64,000 nt of DNA from assembly GCA_035539855.1 (NCBI GenBank), contig DATLHO010000154.1, positions 11,833 through 75,832 of the forward strand, given 5' to 3'. Position numbers and translations under genes: made by a program. Of the stretch, positions 8,140 through 17,730 are shown piece after piece. Origin of the DNA: Candidatus Kapaibacterium sp. Its GTDB lineage: Bacteria; Bacteroidota; Ignavibacteria; OLB7. How positions within the stretch are numbered: position 1 is the first letter of the stretch; every line of letters starts with the position of its first letter. The notes beneath the pieces were generated by a model. It saw only the letters and a program-made list of their open reading frames with translations. It searched no databases and was not told the origin of the DNA.

Positions 8140-9855
8140 CTAGGACGCCACCGGCGCCCCCACCGCGAGCTCGCTCGCGGCATGCTCCATCAGATCCCGC
8201 ATCACCTCCGGATCGAACGGCGAGCGCAGTCCCGTTCGCGCGAAGACGCTCTGCAGGCTCGCGGTGCCGCCGATGCGGCAGAGCTCCAGGTACTTCGCCA
8301 GCCCGGTCGCGTGGTCGTGCGCGTCGATGAGCGCGAGCTGCATCGCGCCGGTCTCGGCGAGCGCGTAGTCGATGTAGTAGAACGGCATCCCGAAGATGTG
8401 CGACTGCGCGTACCAGCGCGCGGCCTTGTACTGCTCGATGCCGGTGAAGTCGGAGACCGGTTCGTAGATGTCCCACAGACGGTTCCATTCGGCGTCGCGC
8501 TCGTCGGGGGTCACGTTCGGGTTCGCGTACACCCAGTGCTGGAACTCGTCGACGACGCAGACATACGCGAGCAGCGTGATCGCCTTCTTCCAACGCCCGC
8601 GGCGGAACTTCGTGAGGTCTTCGCCCGAGAAGAACTCGTTCATGTGCCGCATGCTCAGGTACTCCATGCCCATCGAATGGACTTCGGCGAGATCGGCCGT
8701 CGGGCGCTGCAGCCCGATGTCCTCGATCGGCTGGCTCTCCCACTTCTGGAAGGCATGCCCCATCTCGTGCATCAGCGTGCGGACGTCGTCCTGGTCGCCG
8801 GTCGAGTTGCAGAGGATCGCGACGAGACCCTCGTCGGCGAACGTCGTGCAGTACGCGCCGGAGCGCTTGCCCTTGCGGTTCTCGAGGTCGATCAGGTCCT
8901 CGTCGCGCATGCGCAGGAAGTGCCGGCCGAGCTGCGGCTCGAGCGCGTCGAAGACGAGCTGCGCCTTCTCGAGCTGCGACTCGATCGGGACGATGCCGAG
9001 CGGCAGCGTGAGGTCCGGATCGTACGCTCCGTCCCACGGACGCAGCGTCTCGACGCCGAGCGCGTCGGCCTGCTTCTCACGCAGGCGTCGCAGCAGCGGC
9101 ACGACGTACGTGCGCACGTTCTCGCGGAAGCGCGCGACTTCTGCCGGACCGTAGTCGGTGCGGCCCATGCCGAGGTAGCCGAGGCGGATGAAGTTCTCGT
9201 GGCCGAGGTTGCGCGCCATCTCGTGACGCACCTTCACGAGCTCGTCGTAGATGCCGGCGAGGGCCTCGCGATGGTCGAGCATCCACTGCCGGGCGGCGAC
9301 GAACGCCTCGCGTCGCGTCTCGCGGTCGGGCGAGCTGGCGAGACTTCCGGCCATCGCGAGCGTCATGCGCTCGCCCTTGATCTCGACCTCACCACCGGCC
9401 ACGATCTTCATGTACTCGGTGAACAGGTTCCCCGCGGTCACGCGCAGCTCGGCATTGACCGGCGCGAGCGGCTCGACGGCAGCCTCGAGCAGGCGCACGA
9501 GGTGCTCGCCGTGACGCTCGGCGAGCGCCGCGCGATGCGGCGACGCGATCAGCGCGTTGACGAACGTCGACTCGCCGCGCTGCGCGACCGGCATCACCTC
9601 CTGTCGCCAGTAGCGATCGGCCTCCTCGCGCTCGGCATCGCCCATGCCGCGCGCGAACGCGTGGCTGCGGCGAGCTCCCTCCCCGCTGACGAGCGCGCGC
9701 AGCGAGTTCCACTCCGAATACAGCGCGACCCACAGCTCCGGAGACGGGCTTGCGTCGGCCTCGGCAATGCGCGCGCTCAGACGCTCGTACTCGTCGCGGA
9801 CGAACTCTGCGGTGAGCGACTCGGGGCGCTCGGGATAATGCTTGTAGGCGGCCAT
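8140..9855 (-). CDS. pepF: M3-family oligoendopeptidase F (PepF-like), paralog 1
   Basis: HEMGHAF zinc-binding motif. About 570 aa from MAAYKHYPERP with a GGAGGAAG Shine-Dalgarno sequence upstream. Confidence 0.8.
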   Translation of the reverse strand: MAAYKHYPERPESLTAEFVRDEYERLSARIAEADASPSPELWVALYSEWNSLRALVSGEGARRSHAFARGMGDAEREEADRYWRQEVMPVAQRGESTFVNALIASPHRAALAERHGEHLVRLLEAAVEPLAPVNAELRVTAGNLFTEYMKIVAGGEVEIKGERMTLAMAGSLASSPDRETRREAFVAARQWMLDHREALAGIYDELVKVRHEMARNLGHENFIRLGYLGMGRTDYGPAEVARFRENVRTYVVPLLRRLREKQADALGVETLRPWDGAYDPDLTLPLGIVPIESQLEKAQLVFDALEPQLGRHFLRMRDEDLIDLENRKGKRSGAYCTTFADEGLVAILCNSTGDQDDVRTLMHEMGHAFQKWESQPIEDIGLQRPTADLAEVHSMGMEYLSMRHMNEFFSGEDLTKFRRGRWKKAITLLAYVCVVDEFQHWVYANPNVTPDERDAEWNRLWDIYEPVSDFTGIEQYKAARWYAQSHIFGMPFYYIDYALAETGAMQLALIDAHDHATGLAKYLELCRIGGTASLQSVFARTGLRSPFDPEVMRDLMEHAASELAVGAPVAS

Positions 9856-9890
9856 CGGGCGTGCTTCCTCCATACTCCTTGAAACGGCAT

Positions 9891-9920
9891 GCGTCATCCC
9901 GGAGCGAACCGGGATGACGC
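9891..9920. terminator. stem-loop GCGTCATCCCGG-AGCGAA-CCGGGATGACGC between the two pepF genes
   Basis: Perfect 12-bp stem read directly from the sequence. No clear U-tract. Likely transcript end or processing site for the upstream pepF paralog. Confidence 0.4.
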
Positions 9921-9952
9921 AGCGTGAAACGTGATTCGCGGTCGGCGGTCGG

Positions 9953-11662
9953 CTACGCGCCCTGCGGCTCGAGCCCGACCTGGGTCGCGGCGTGCTCCAT
10001 CAGATCGCGCATCAGATCGCCGTCGAACGGCGAGCGCATGCCGACCTTCGAAAAGATCTCGAGGACACTCATCGTGCCACCGATGCGGCAGAGCTCGATG
10101 TACTTCTCGAGCGCCTCCTCATGGTTCTTCGAATCGACGAGCGCGAGCTGCATCGCGCCGGTCTCGGCCAGTGCGTAATCGATGTAGTAGAACGGCACCT
10201 GGAAGAGATGACCCTGCGCGTACCAGCGGGCCGAGCGATACGACTCGACGCCGGTGAAATCGATCCCGGTGATGTACGTGCCCCAGATCCGATCCCACTC
10301 GCGGTCGCGATCGTCGGGCGTCGCGGTCGGATTCTCGTAGACCCAGTGCTGGAACTCGTCGACGACGCAGACATAGCACAGCAGGTCGATTGCGCGTTTC
10401 CAGCGCTGGCGCCGGAACTTCGCAGCCTGTTCCTCGGTGAAGAACTCCGTGATGTGCCGCATGCTCAGATACTCCATTCCCATCGAATGGACCTCGCAGG
10501 CGTCGGAGGTCGGCCACTGCAGGTCGACCGCCTCGATCGGCTGGCTCTCCCATCCCTGGAAGGCGTGCCCCATCTCGTGCATCAGCGTGCGGACGTCCTC
10601 CTCCTCGCCGGTCGAGTTGCAGAGGATCGCGACGCGTCCCTCATCGGGGAACGACGTGCAGTAGGCGCCGGCGCGCTTGCCCTTGCGATTCTCGAGATCG
10701 ATGAGGTTCTCGTCGCGCATGCGGACGAAGTGCCGCGCAAGCTCGGGCGAAAGGCTCTCGAAGACGCGCTGCGCCTTGTCGAGCTGCGTCTCGACCGGGG
10801 CGACGTCGCTCGGCAGCGAGAGCTCCGGATCGTACGACGAATCCCACGGCATCAGCGTCGGCGTGCCGTGCGCGGCGGCCAGGCGCTCCTGGATGCGGGC
10901 CAGCAGCGGCACCGCGTATCGACGGACGCTCTGGCGGAACGTCGCGACCTCGGCCGGCGTGTAGTCGGTGCGTCCCATCGACGCGTAGCCGAGACGCAGG
11001 AAGTTCTCGTGGCCGAGGTTCGTCGCCATGCGGTGACGCAGCGCGACGAGCTCGTCGTAGATCGGCGCGAGCTCGTCGCGATGATCGACGAACCACTGCC
11101 GGTAGGCGACGAACGCCTCGCGGCGCGTCACCGGATTGTCCGAGCTCTGCAGGCCACGCGCCTGCGACAGCGTCATCGTCGTTCCCTCGACCGTGACCTC
11201 GCCGGCGGCGACCGCCTTGTCGTAGCGGTTGACGAGCGTGCTCGCGGCAACGCGCAGCTCGTTGTTGATCGGCGCAAGCGGCTCGACCGCCGTCTCGAGC
11301 GCGCGCAGAAGGTAGTCGCCGTAGCGCGCGGCGATCGCGTCGCGATGACGGCTCGCCAGCAGCGCGTTGACGAGTCGCGAGTTGCCATTGTCGGCCACCG
11401 GCGCCACCTCCTCGCGGAAGTAGCGATCGGCCTCCTCCACGTCCTCGTCGGTCATGTCCTTCGACTGCGCGTGGCTCCGACGGCTGCCCTCGCTGCTGAC
11501 GTATGCCTTCAACGCGTTCCAGTCCTCGAACAGCCGCAGCCACAGCTCCGGCGACTCCGACGACTCGGCCTCGTCGATCCGGGCGGTGAGACGCTCGAAC
11601 TCTTCGGCGACGAACTCATTGGTGAAGCGCTCGGGCCGCACCGCGTAATGCTTGTAGGTCAT
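9953..11662 (-). CDS. pepF: M3-family oligoendopeptidase F (PepF-like), paralog 2
   Basis: 569 aa with HEMGHAF motif. Colinear with and clearly homologous to paralog 1 (MTYKHYAVRPERFTNEFV vs MAAYKHYPERPESLTAEFV). Confidence 0.8.
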   Translation of the reverse strand: MTYKHYAVRPERFTNEFVAEEFERLTARIDEAESSESPELWLRLFEDWNALKAYVSSEGSRRSHAQSKDMTDEDVEEADRYFREEVAPVADNGNSRLVNALLASRHRDAIAARYGDYLLRALETAVEPLAPINNELRVAASTLVNRYDKAVAAGEVTVEGTTMTLSQARGLQSSDNPVTRREAFVAYRQWFVDHRDELAPIYDELVALRHRMATNLGHENFLRLGYASMGRTDYTPAEVATFRQSVRRYAVPLLARIQERLAAAHGTPTLMPWDSSYDPELSLPSDVAPVETQLDKAQRVFESLSPELARHFVRMRDENLIDLENRKGKRAGAYCTSFPDEGRVAILCNSTGEEEDVRTLMHEMGHAFQGWESQPIEAVDLQWPTSDACEVHSMGMEYLSMRHITEFFTEEQAAKFRRQRWKRAIDLLCYVCVVDEFQHWVYENPTATPDDRDREWDRIWGTYITGIDFTGVESYRSARWYAQGHLFQVPFYYIDYALAETGAMQLALVDSKNHEEALEKYIELCRIGGTMSVLEIFSKVGMRSPFDGDLMRDLMEHAATQVGLEPQGA

Positions 11663-11843
11663 CGGACTGTGAAGCGTTGTGTTACGATTTCTTTCGGCAT
11701 CCCGCTAAGATACGCCGGGAGTCGAACGGTGGCTGTTGCAGGGTGCAAGCACCCGCGGACCTCGGTATGGCGAACGCCGGGCTCGTCACGGCGATGCCGG
11801 ACGCGCGGGCCGTCCGGCATCACAAAGATAGACGCGTCCGGAT

Positions 11844-12623
11844 CTACCGCGACACGACAAACGGGCGCGAGATTACGCTCCTGCCGCCAATTTCGACCCT
11901 CAGAAGGTACGCGCCGGAGGCGAGCGCCGAGATCGACCCACGGAGCTCGTGGCGCCCGGCGGCGAGGCGTCCGTCGAGGACGTCGGCGACGAGCGCGCCG
12001 CTGGTCGCGTAGATTCCCGCGCGCACGTCGGCGCCGGCCTCGAGCGCGAGGTCGAGAATCACCCGGTCCGCGGCAGCGTCGACGAAAGGCGTGCCGACGA
12101 ACGCGCCGAGGGCGATCTCCTCGCTCGTCGAGGCAATCCCCTCGATCTCGATCTCGAGCGTCGTGCCGCCGTCGAAGAACGTCGCGTACGCCTTGAGCGC
12201 CCGCGGCGCCGGACCGCGGCGCACGATGCCCGTCGGCGTGTAGCGCGAGCCGTGACACGGACAGACCAGCTCGCCGTCGGAATCCGGTGTGACCTGGCTT
12301 ACCGTACATCCCTCATGCGTGCACGTGGCGTTGACGGCCGCGAACGTCGCCTGCTCGATCCGCGTGACGATGACGCTGAAGGTGGCCCCGGCGATGCTGT
12401 CGAGCCGGATCGAGCCGCCGACCGTCGTGAGCTCTGAGTACTCCGGCTTCGTCAGGTCGATCCGGTATCGTCCGGCGAGCGCGCCCTTCGAGGCGCGAAG
12501 CTCCGGGACGATGCGCCCGAGCACGACGCTTGGCGCCGCGACGGCGACGACGGTCGCCGCGAAGATCTTCTCGAGAAAGCTCCGGCGAGAGGTCGTCCGT
12601 GAGGGAGTCTGCTGATCCTGCAT
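11844..12623 (-). CDS. Rieske [2Fe-2S] domain protein with Tat signal and T9SS-type C-terminal sorting domain
   Basis: Start at [21 protein letters not shown] (SRRSFLEK is a twin-arginine motif). CTHEGC...CPCHGS Rieske cluster ligands. C-terminal roughly 70 aa resemble the Por/T9SS CTD shared by several other proteins in this window. Confidence 0.65.
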   Translation of the reverse strand: MQDQQTPSRTTSRRSFLEKIFAATVVAVAAPSVVLGRIVPELRASKGALAGRYRIDLTKPEYSELTTVGGSIRLDSIAGATFSVIVTRIEQATFAAVNATCTHEGCTVSQVTPDSDGELVCPCHGSRYTPTGIVRRGPAPRALKAYATFFDGGTTLEIEIEGIASTSEEIALGAFVGTPFVDAAADRVILDLALEAGADVRAGIYATSGALVADVLDGRLAAGRHELRGSISALASGAYLLRVEIGGRSVISRPFVVSR

Positions 12624-12811
12624 GGCGCTATCGTAGTTGTGACGGAAGTTGGTGCGACGGGAAGTTACTACGGAACCCGGCGCGTTTCGGAAGGTTACCG
12701 CGGCTTGCACGCGACGCCCGGCATGGCGAGCTTCCGCAGCGGCGGTCGCTCGGCCGTCGTCCCCCGTCGTGCGCACGACTGTGGTACAGAAGAGTCAGAA
12801 ACGGAGGCGTA

Positions 12812-15583
12812 ATGAGCAACGGTCTACAGACCGCTGATGCAGGAAGGATCGCAGCACGGAGTCACACCGAGCCGCACGAGGCGCTGGCCGGCGCGCTCGG
12901 CGTCGATGTCGTCAGGGGATTGTCCGACGGCGCGATCGAGCGCCACCGCGAGCGCTATGGCGCGAACGTGCTGCCGGAGCCCAAGCCGAAGTCGAAGCTA
13001 CTCCTGTTCCTCGAGCAGTTCAACAACCCGCTCATCTTCATTCTTTTCGGCGCGGCCATTCTCACCTCGGTCGTCGCCGACGTCGCCGAGGCGATCACCA
13101 TCTTCTTCGTCGTGCTCTTCAACGCGGCGATCGGCTATTACCAGGAACAGCGCGCGAGCGAGCGGCTGCGCGCGGTCAAGAATCTGACCGCCCCGACCGC
13201 TCGCGTCGTTCGCGACGGAGAGCTCCGCTCGATCGCGGCCGAGGAGCTCGTCGTCGGCGACGTCGTGCTGCTCGAGAGCGGACTGCGCGTGCCGGCGGAC
13301 ATCCGCCTGGTCGAGGCGAACGATCTCACCGTCGACGAATCGATCCTCACCGGCGAGTCGGTTCCCTCCACCAAGAAGCACGACACGACGCACGACGCCG
13401 ACGCTCCGCTCGGCGATCGCAGCAACATGACCTTTGCCGCGACGACCGTGCGTCGCGGCCGCGCGCGCGGCATCGTCTCCGGCGTCGGCGAGCACTCGCA
13501 GGTCGGCCGCATCACCCGCAGCATCGCCGACGCGACCGAGACCGAGTCGCCGCTGCAGGAGCGCCTGCGCCGCTTCGGCAAGGTGCTCGCGATCGGCATC
13601 GCGGCGGCCATCGGTCTGATCTTCGCCGTCGGGATGCTCCGCGGCTACGAGGCCACGACGATGCTCCTGACCGCGATCGGTCTGGCCGTGTCGGCGATTC
13701 CCGAGGGACTTCCGATCGCGGTCACCGTCGCGCTCTCGATCGGCGTCTACACCATGGCCCGGCGCAACGCGATCGTCCGGCGACTCAATGCCGTCGAGAC
13801 GCTCGGCTCGACCACCGTCATCTGCTCGGACAAGACCGGCACGCTCACGCGCAACGAGATGACGGTCGTCGCGGTCGCCTCCGACGACAGGATCTACACG
13901 TTCACGGGGGGAGGCTACGAGCCGCACGGCGAGCTGCACGACGACGCCGGCGGCAGGACGAGCGTGGCGCCCGAGTCGCCGTTGCACTGGTCGTTGCGCG
14001 TCGGACTGTTCTGCACGGAGTCGGGCTTCTCGGAGAAGGACGGCCGGCGGCAGCTCGTCGGCGACCCGACCGAGGGCGCGCTCATCGTCGCCGCCGAGAA
14101 GTCCGGCATCGCCGCGACCGATCGCGCGAGCTCCGAGTCGTTCGTCATCCTGCCGTTCGAATCCGAGCGAATGTACATGGTCTCCGAGCTCGCGCGCGGG
14201 ACCCAGCGCTACGTGCTGGTCAAGGGATCGGCCGAGCGCGTCGTCGCGATGTGCGCGAGCGAGCTCAGGACCGAGGGCCTGCGCCCGCTCGATCTGCAGT
14301 GGATCGTCGAGCGTCAGGCGCAGCTCTCGGCGCGCGGCCTGCGCGTGATCGCAACGGCGTACGCTCCGCTCGATCCCGACGTGCACGGCGATCCGGAGGA
14401 TCTTTCGGGGCTGATCTTCGCGGGCCTGCACGGCATCGAGGATCCGCCGCGCGACGAGGTGCGCGACGCCGTTCGCGACGCCGCGAGCGCGGGCATCAAG
14501 GTCGTGATGATCACCGGCGATCACGTCGCGACCGCGCGCGCGATCGCCGAGCAGCTCGACCTGCGGCCCGGCCACCGCATCCGCTCGATCGAGGGCCGCG
14601 AGCTCGAGGCGATGGACGACGAGGATCTCTACGAGCGCGTCAACACGACCGACGTCTACGCGCGGGTGGCTCCGGAGCACAAGCTGCGTATCGTCCGCCA
14701 GCTCCAGGCGCACCGACACATCGTCGCGATGACCGGCGACGGCGTCAACGACGCGCCGGCGCTGAAGCAGGCCGACATCGGCATCGCGATGGGAAGCGGC
14801 ACCGACGTCGCGAAGGAGGCGTCGTCGCTCGTCGTGCAGGACGACAACTTTGCGACCATCGTCCAGGCCGTGCGCTACGGGCGGCTGATGTTCCGCAACC
14901 TGCAGCACATGATCCTCTATGTGCTCTGCACGTCGTTCGGCGGCGTGCTCACGCTGACCGCGGCCGTGATCCTCGGCTTCCCGCTGCCGCTGCTGGCGGT
15001 GCAGTTGCTGTGGATCAACCTCGTCACCGACGGCACCAGCACGATTCCCCTGGCGTACGAGAAGGAGCATGGCGACATCATGGCCGAGCCGCCGCGCAAT
15101 CCCGACGAGGGACTCGTCAACTGGCCGATGGGCGAGAGGATCGTCGGCACCGGTCTGATGATGATGTTCGGCACGCTCATCGTCTTCGAGATGATCCTCG
15201 ACCAGTACGGCTTCACCGCCTTCGACAGGAACATCTCCGAGCAGGCCATGACGCACGCGCGCACGGGCGCCTTCGTCACGCTCGCGCTCTGCCAGATCTG
15301 GAACGTCCACAACTCGCGCTCGATCGACCGGTCGATCTTCCAGATCGGACTGCTGAGCAACCGGCCACTGCTGGCGGTGACGCTGCTGGCGCTCGGACTG
15401 CAGATCGCATCGGTCGAGCTGCCGTTCATGCACCCGCTGCTCAACACGACACACCTTCCGCTCGACGACTGGTTCCTGTGCATCGGCATCAGCCTGATGC
15501 TCGTCGTCCTCGTCGAGGTTCGGAAGTTCTCGTCGCGGTTCTATCGACGGATCAAGGAGAAGGAGGACGGCGCCGGCGCGTGA
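12812..15583 (+). CDS. cation-transporting P-type ATPase (P2-type, Ca2+-ATPase-like)
   Basis: Start at MSNGLQTAD after a GGAGG Shine-Dalgarno sequence (the track ORF begins upstream at 12530). DKTGTLT phosphorylation motif, TGDGVNDAPAL hinge, PEGLP in TM4, and ten predicted TM segments. Confidence 0.85.
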   Translation: MSNGLQTADAGRIAARSHTEPHEALAGALGVDVVRGLSDGAIERHRERYGANVLPEPKPKSKLLLFLEQFNNPLIFILFGAAILTSVVADVAEAITIFFVVLFNAAIGYYQEQRASERLRAVKNLTAPTARVVRDGELRSIAAEELVVGDVVLLESGLRVPADIRLVEANDLTVDESILTGESVPSTKKHDTTHDADAPLGDRSNMTFAATTVRRGRARGIVSGVGEHSQVGRITRSIADATETESPLQERLRRFGKVLAIGIAAAIGLIFAVGMLRGYEATTMLLTAIGLAVSAIPEGLPIAVTVALSIGVYTMARRNAIVRRLNAVETLGSTTVICSDKTGTLTRNEMTVVAVASDDRIYTFTGGGYEPHGELHDDAGGRTSVAPESPLHWSLRVGLFCTESGFSEKDGRRQLVGDPTEGALIVAAEKSGIAATDRASSESFVILPFESERMYMVSELARGTQRYVLVKGSAERVVAMCASELRTEGLRPLDLQWIVERQAQLSARGLRVIATAYAPLDPDVHGDPEDLSGLIFAGLHGIEDPPRDEVRDAVRDAASAGIKVVMITGDHVATARAIAEQLDLRPGHRIRSIEGRELEAMDDEDLYERVNTTDVYARVAPEHKLRIVRQLQAHRHIVAMTGDGVNDAPALKQADIGIAMGSGTDVAKEASSLVVQDDNFATIVQAVRYGRLMFRNLQHMILYVLCTSFGGVLTLTAAVILGFPLPLLAVQLLWINLVTDGTSTIPLAYEKEHGDIMAEPPRNPDEGLVNWPMGERIVGTGLMMMFGTLIVFEMILDQYGFTAFDRNISEQAMTHARTGAFVTLALCQIWNVHNSRSIDRSIFQIGLLSNRPLLAVTLLALGLQIASVELPFMHPLLNTTHLPLDDWFLCIGISLMLVVLVEVRKFSSRFYRRIKEKEDGAGA

Positions 15584-15674
15584 CGAACGGGAGCAATCGG
15601 GTGCGCGCTAGCGGGCGCGCGCTAGCAGACGCGCGCGATCGGCATGCGCGCCACCTCGCGGCCGATCTCTACTT

Positions 15675-16919
15675 TTGCCGATCAGTCCGGCGCGCTCGCG
15701 GAGTGTCCACGACGCGCGTATCACGATCCCGCGGAGTCCGTTGCCACCGACGCCATCATATCGCTGCACGCTCGCCTGGGGCCGGCGCGGCCTCGCCGAG
15801 GCCGCCTCGCGCGGCGACATCGTGGTCGTCGTCGACGTGCTGAGCTTCTCGACATGCGTCGTGACCGCGACGCAGCGTGAGGGCGTCGTCATCCCGTGCG
15901 GACACGAGGATGATCCGTCGGAACTGGCGGCGCGCCTCGACGCGCGGCTCGCGGTGCGACGCGAGGACGACCCGGAGCGATCGGGCTTCACGCTTTCACC
16001 GCTCTCGTTTCTCGCGATCGAGTCCGGCGCGCGCGTCGTGCTGCCGTCGCCGAACGGCGCAGCGTGCAGCGTGCTCGGCGCCGGCGCGTCGTTCCTGTTC
16101 GCCGGCGCGATCGTCAACGCGACGGCCGTCGGTCACACCGTCTCGCGACTCGTCGAATCGACCGATCACACCGTGACGATCGTCGCCGCGGGTGAGCGCT
16201 ACGAGACGCCGTCGGACGATGGAGTCATTCGGTTCGCGGTGGAGGATTACCTGGGCGCGGGAGCGATCCTCGCGGCGATCGACGCCGAGAAGTCGCCGGA
16301 GGCGGCCGTGTGCGAGAGCGCGTTCGTGCAGGTGCGCCACCGGATCGGCGAGGTGCTCTGGGGAAGCGAGAGCGGGCTGGAGCTTCGGGAGCGAGGCTAC
16401 AAGGACGACGTACACTTCGCGGCGCAGCTCGATCGGTTCAGCGCCGTGCCCGTGCTCGTCGACGGCGCGTTCGTTCGATGGAGCGAGCCGAAGCAGAAGG
16501 TCCTCGCCTACATCACGCGCCGGCGGTACGGACGGATCGAGCTGCTGGTCTTCGAGCAGCCCGATCACCCGGCGGGGCTGCAGGTGCCGGCGGGAACGCT
16601 CGACCAGGGCGAACATCCGGAGTGGGGCGCGCTGCGCGAGGCCGAGGAGGAGACCGGGCTGCGCCACCTGCGGATCGTCCGTAGGCTGACGACGCACACG
16701 CTGCACGCACCGTGGGCATCGGAGTTCCACGTTCGGCACGTGTACCACCTCGAGAGCATCGACGGCTCACCCGATCGCTGGATGCACGTCGTCTCCGCAG
16801 GCGCCGAAGACCTCGGCATGCGCTTCGAGTGCCGCTGGCACGACATCAGCGAGCCGCTCGAGCTCGCGGGGCGACAGGGAGAGTATCTGGAGTATCTGCT
16901 GGCGTCGCTGTCGAGTTGA
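15675..16919 (+). CDS. fusion protein: ComB-like 2-phosphosulfolactate phosphatase family domain plus C-terminal NUDIX hydrolase domain
   Basis: N-terminal VVVDVLSFST...SPNGAACS...GERYETPSDDGVIRFAVEDYLGAGAI matches the ComB/PF04029 pattern. C-terminal GEHPEWGALREAEEETG is a canonical Nudix box. The start codon is uncertain (the track uses TTG at 15675). Confidence 0.6.
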   Translation: MPISPARSRSVHDARITIPRSPLPPTPSYRCTLAWGRRGLAEAASRGDIVVVVDVLSFSTCVVTATQREGVVIPCGHEDDPSELAARLDARLAVRREDDPERSGFTLSPLSFLAIESGARVVLPSPNGAACSVLGAGASFLFAGAIVNATAVGHTVSRLVESTDHTVTIVAAGERYETPSDDGVIRFAVEDYLGAGAILAAIDAEKSPEAAVCESAFVQVRHRIGEVLWGSESGLELRERGYKDDVHFAAQLDRFSAVPVLVDGAFVRWSEPKQKVLAYITRRRYGRIELLVFEQPDHPAGLQVPAGTLDQGEHPEWGALREAEEETGLRHLRIVRRLTTHTLHAPWASEFHVRHVYHLESIDGSPDRWMHVVSAGAEDLGMRFECRWHDISEPLELAGRQGEYLEYLLASLSS

Positions 16920-16936
16920 GGAGAGACTGCGTGCGC

Positions 16937-17002
16937 CTACCCCTCCTTGCTATCCGCCACCATCGGTTTGCCGATCTCGATCTCGATACGACGCGAGTGA
17001 AA
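16937..17002 (-). pseudogene. C-terminal remnant of an OmpA-family gene
   Basis: The encoded tail ...FHSRRIEIEIGKPMVADSKEG* parallels the C-terminus of the nearby OmpA-like protein (...FHSRGVEIRTPVAVDEVDGG*). No upstream body is present. Confidence 0.4.
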
Positions 17003-17040
17003 GCGCGGGCTCCCGGCTCTTGCACGACCCATATACTTTT

Positions 17041-17057
17041 TTGTATACTCTATACAA
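17041..17057. promoter_or_regulatory. palindromic operator-like site TTGTATACTCTATACAA upstream of the toxin-antitoxin remnant
   Basis: Perfect 7-bp inverted repeat arms in an AT-rich stretch, about 35 bp upstream of the RBS and ATG at 17091. Typical position for TA autoregulation. Confidence 0.4.
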
Positions 17058-17090
17058 GCGCGCGAACGTGGCTCTGCATCTGGAGAGCAC

Positions 17091-17207
17091 ATGAAGGACA
17101 TCTGCTGGGTCGGATCGTCGCTTGAAGACATCCGACGATATCCCGACGACGTCCGGCGTATCGCCGGCTTCGAGCTGAGCACTCACTCCTACATCGGCGG
17201 ACTGCAG
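17091..17207 (+). pseudogene. truncated HigB/RelE-like (Gp49/DUF891-type) toxin gene; only about 39 N-terminal codons retained
   Basis: MKDICWVGSSLEDIRRYPDDVRRIAGFEL matches the characteristic N-terminus of phage Gp49-like HigB toxins. The frame then diverges and the antitoxin gene follows in another frame. Confidence 0.5.
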
Positions 17208-17208
17208 G

Positions 17209-17508
17209 ATGACAAAGCAGAATGTGACTCGCTCGAGCGGCAACGTCTTCGAGGACCTTGGATTCGCGCCGGAAGAGGCTCACCATCTCAGGCTCAGGGC
17301 CTCACTTATGACAGAACTGCGCCGGGAGATCACCAAACGGGGATGGACTCAGCGTGCGGCTGCGGAATCGCTTGGTGTTTCACAGCCGCGGATCAGCGAC
17401 CTTATGCGCGGCAAGATCCACTTGTTCAGTATCGACTCTCTCGTCGATATGCTTGCCGTTGTCGGGCGAAGAGTTCGACTGGTCATCGGCCGTTCCGCAC
17501 AAATGTGA
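17209..17508 (+). CDS. XRE-family HTH antitoxin (HigA-like), intact
   Basis: 99 aa. GNVFEDLGF...TQRAAAESLGVSQPRISDLMRGK is the typical partner antitoxin of Gp49-like toxins. Confidence 0.7.
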   Translation: MTKQNVTRSSGNVFEDLGFAPEEAHHLRLRASLMTELRREITKRGWTQRAAAESLGVSQPRISDLMRGKIHLFSIDSLVDMLAVVGRRVRLVIGRSAQM

Positions 17509-17534
17509 AAACCCGCTAGACGCGGCGCCGTCTC

Positions 17535-17640
17535 ATCGCCGCGCGGGTTGAAGCCGATCGCTTCGAGCACCGACGCGCGCGCGAGGTCGGGCGTCAGGTA
17601 CGGCGTCCATCCGCGCGCGACCAGCTTCGATGTCCAGGAC
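17535..17640. repeat. duplicated internal fragment of serS (about 100 bp, roughly 3 mismatches) located 7 kb from the intact gene
   Basis: Direct DNA comparison with serS around 24866-24960. The encoded peptide SKLVARGWTPYLTPDLARASVLEAIGFNPRG matches serS residues. Confidence 0.8.
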
Positions 17641-17730
17641 ATCCCGATCCCAATGTCATCCTCTGGATTGTTCCTACGTCGCGCCTGCCGCAGGTGCGAA
17701 CTGGGGCTCTCGATTGCCAACGTCCGACCG

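Noticed and set aside
7982-9037. 351-aa minus-strand ORF overlapping pepF in another frame
   Set aside because: Arg-rich low complexity. The pepF frame has the HEMGHAF motif.
12998-15454. 818-aa minus-strand ORF opposite the P-type ATPase; also 14251..15843 (+)
   Set aside because: Antisense or alternative-frame GC artefacts. The ATPase frame carries all P-type motifs.
15590-15625. Tandem GCGCGCTAGC direct repeat after the ATPase stop as a possible regulatory element
   Set aside because: Very short GC palindrome duplication with no further support. Probably an incidental or weak hairpin.
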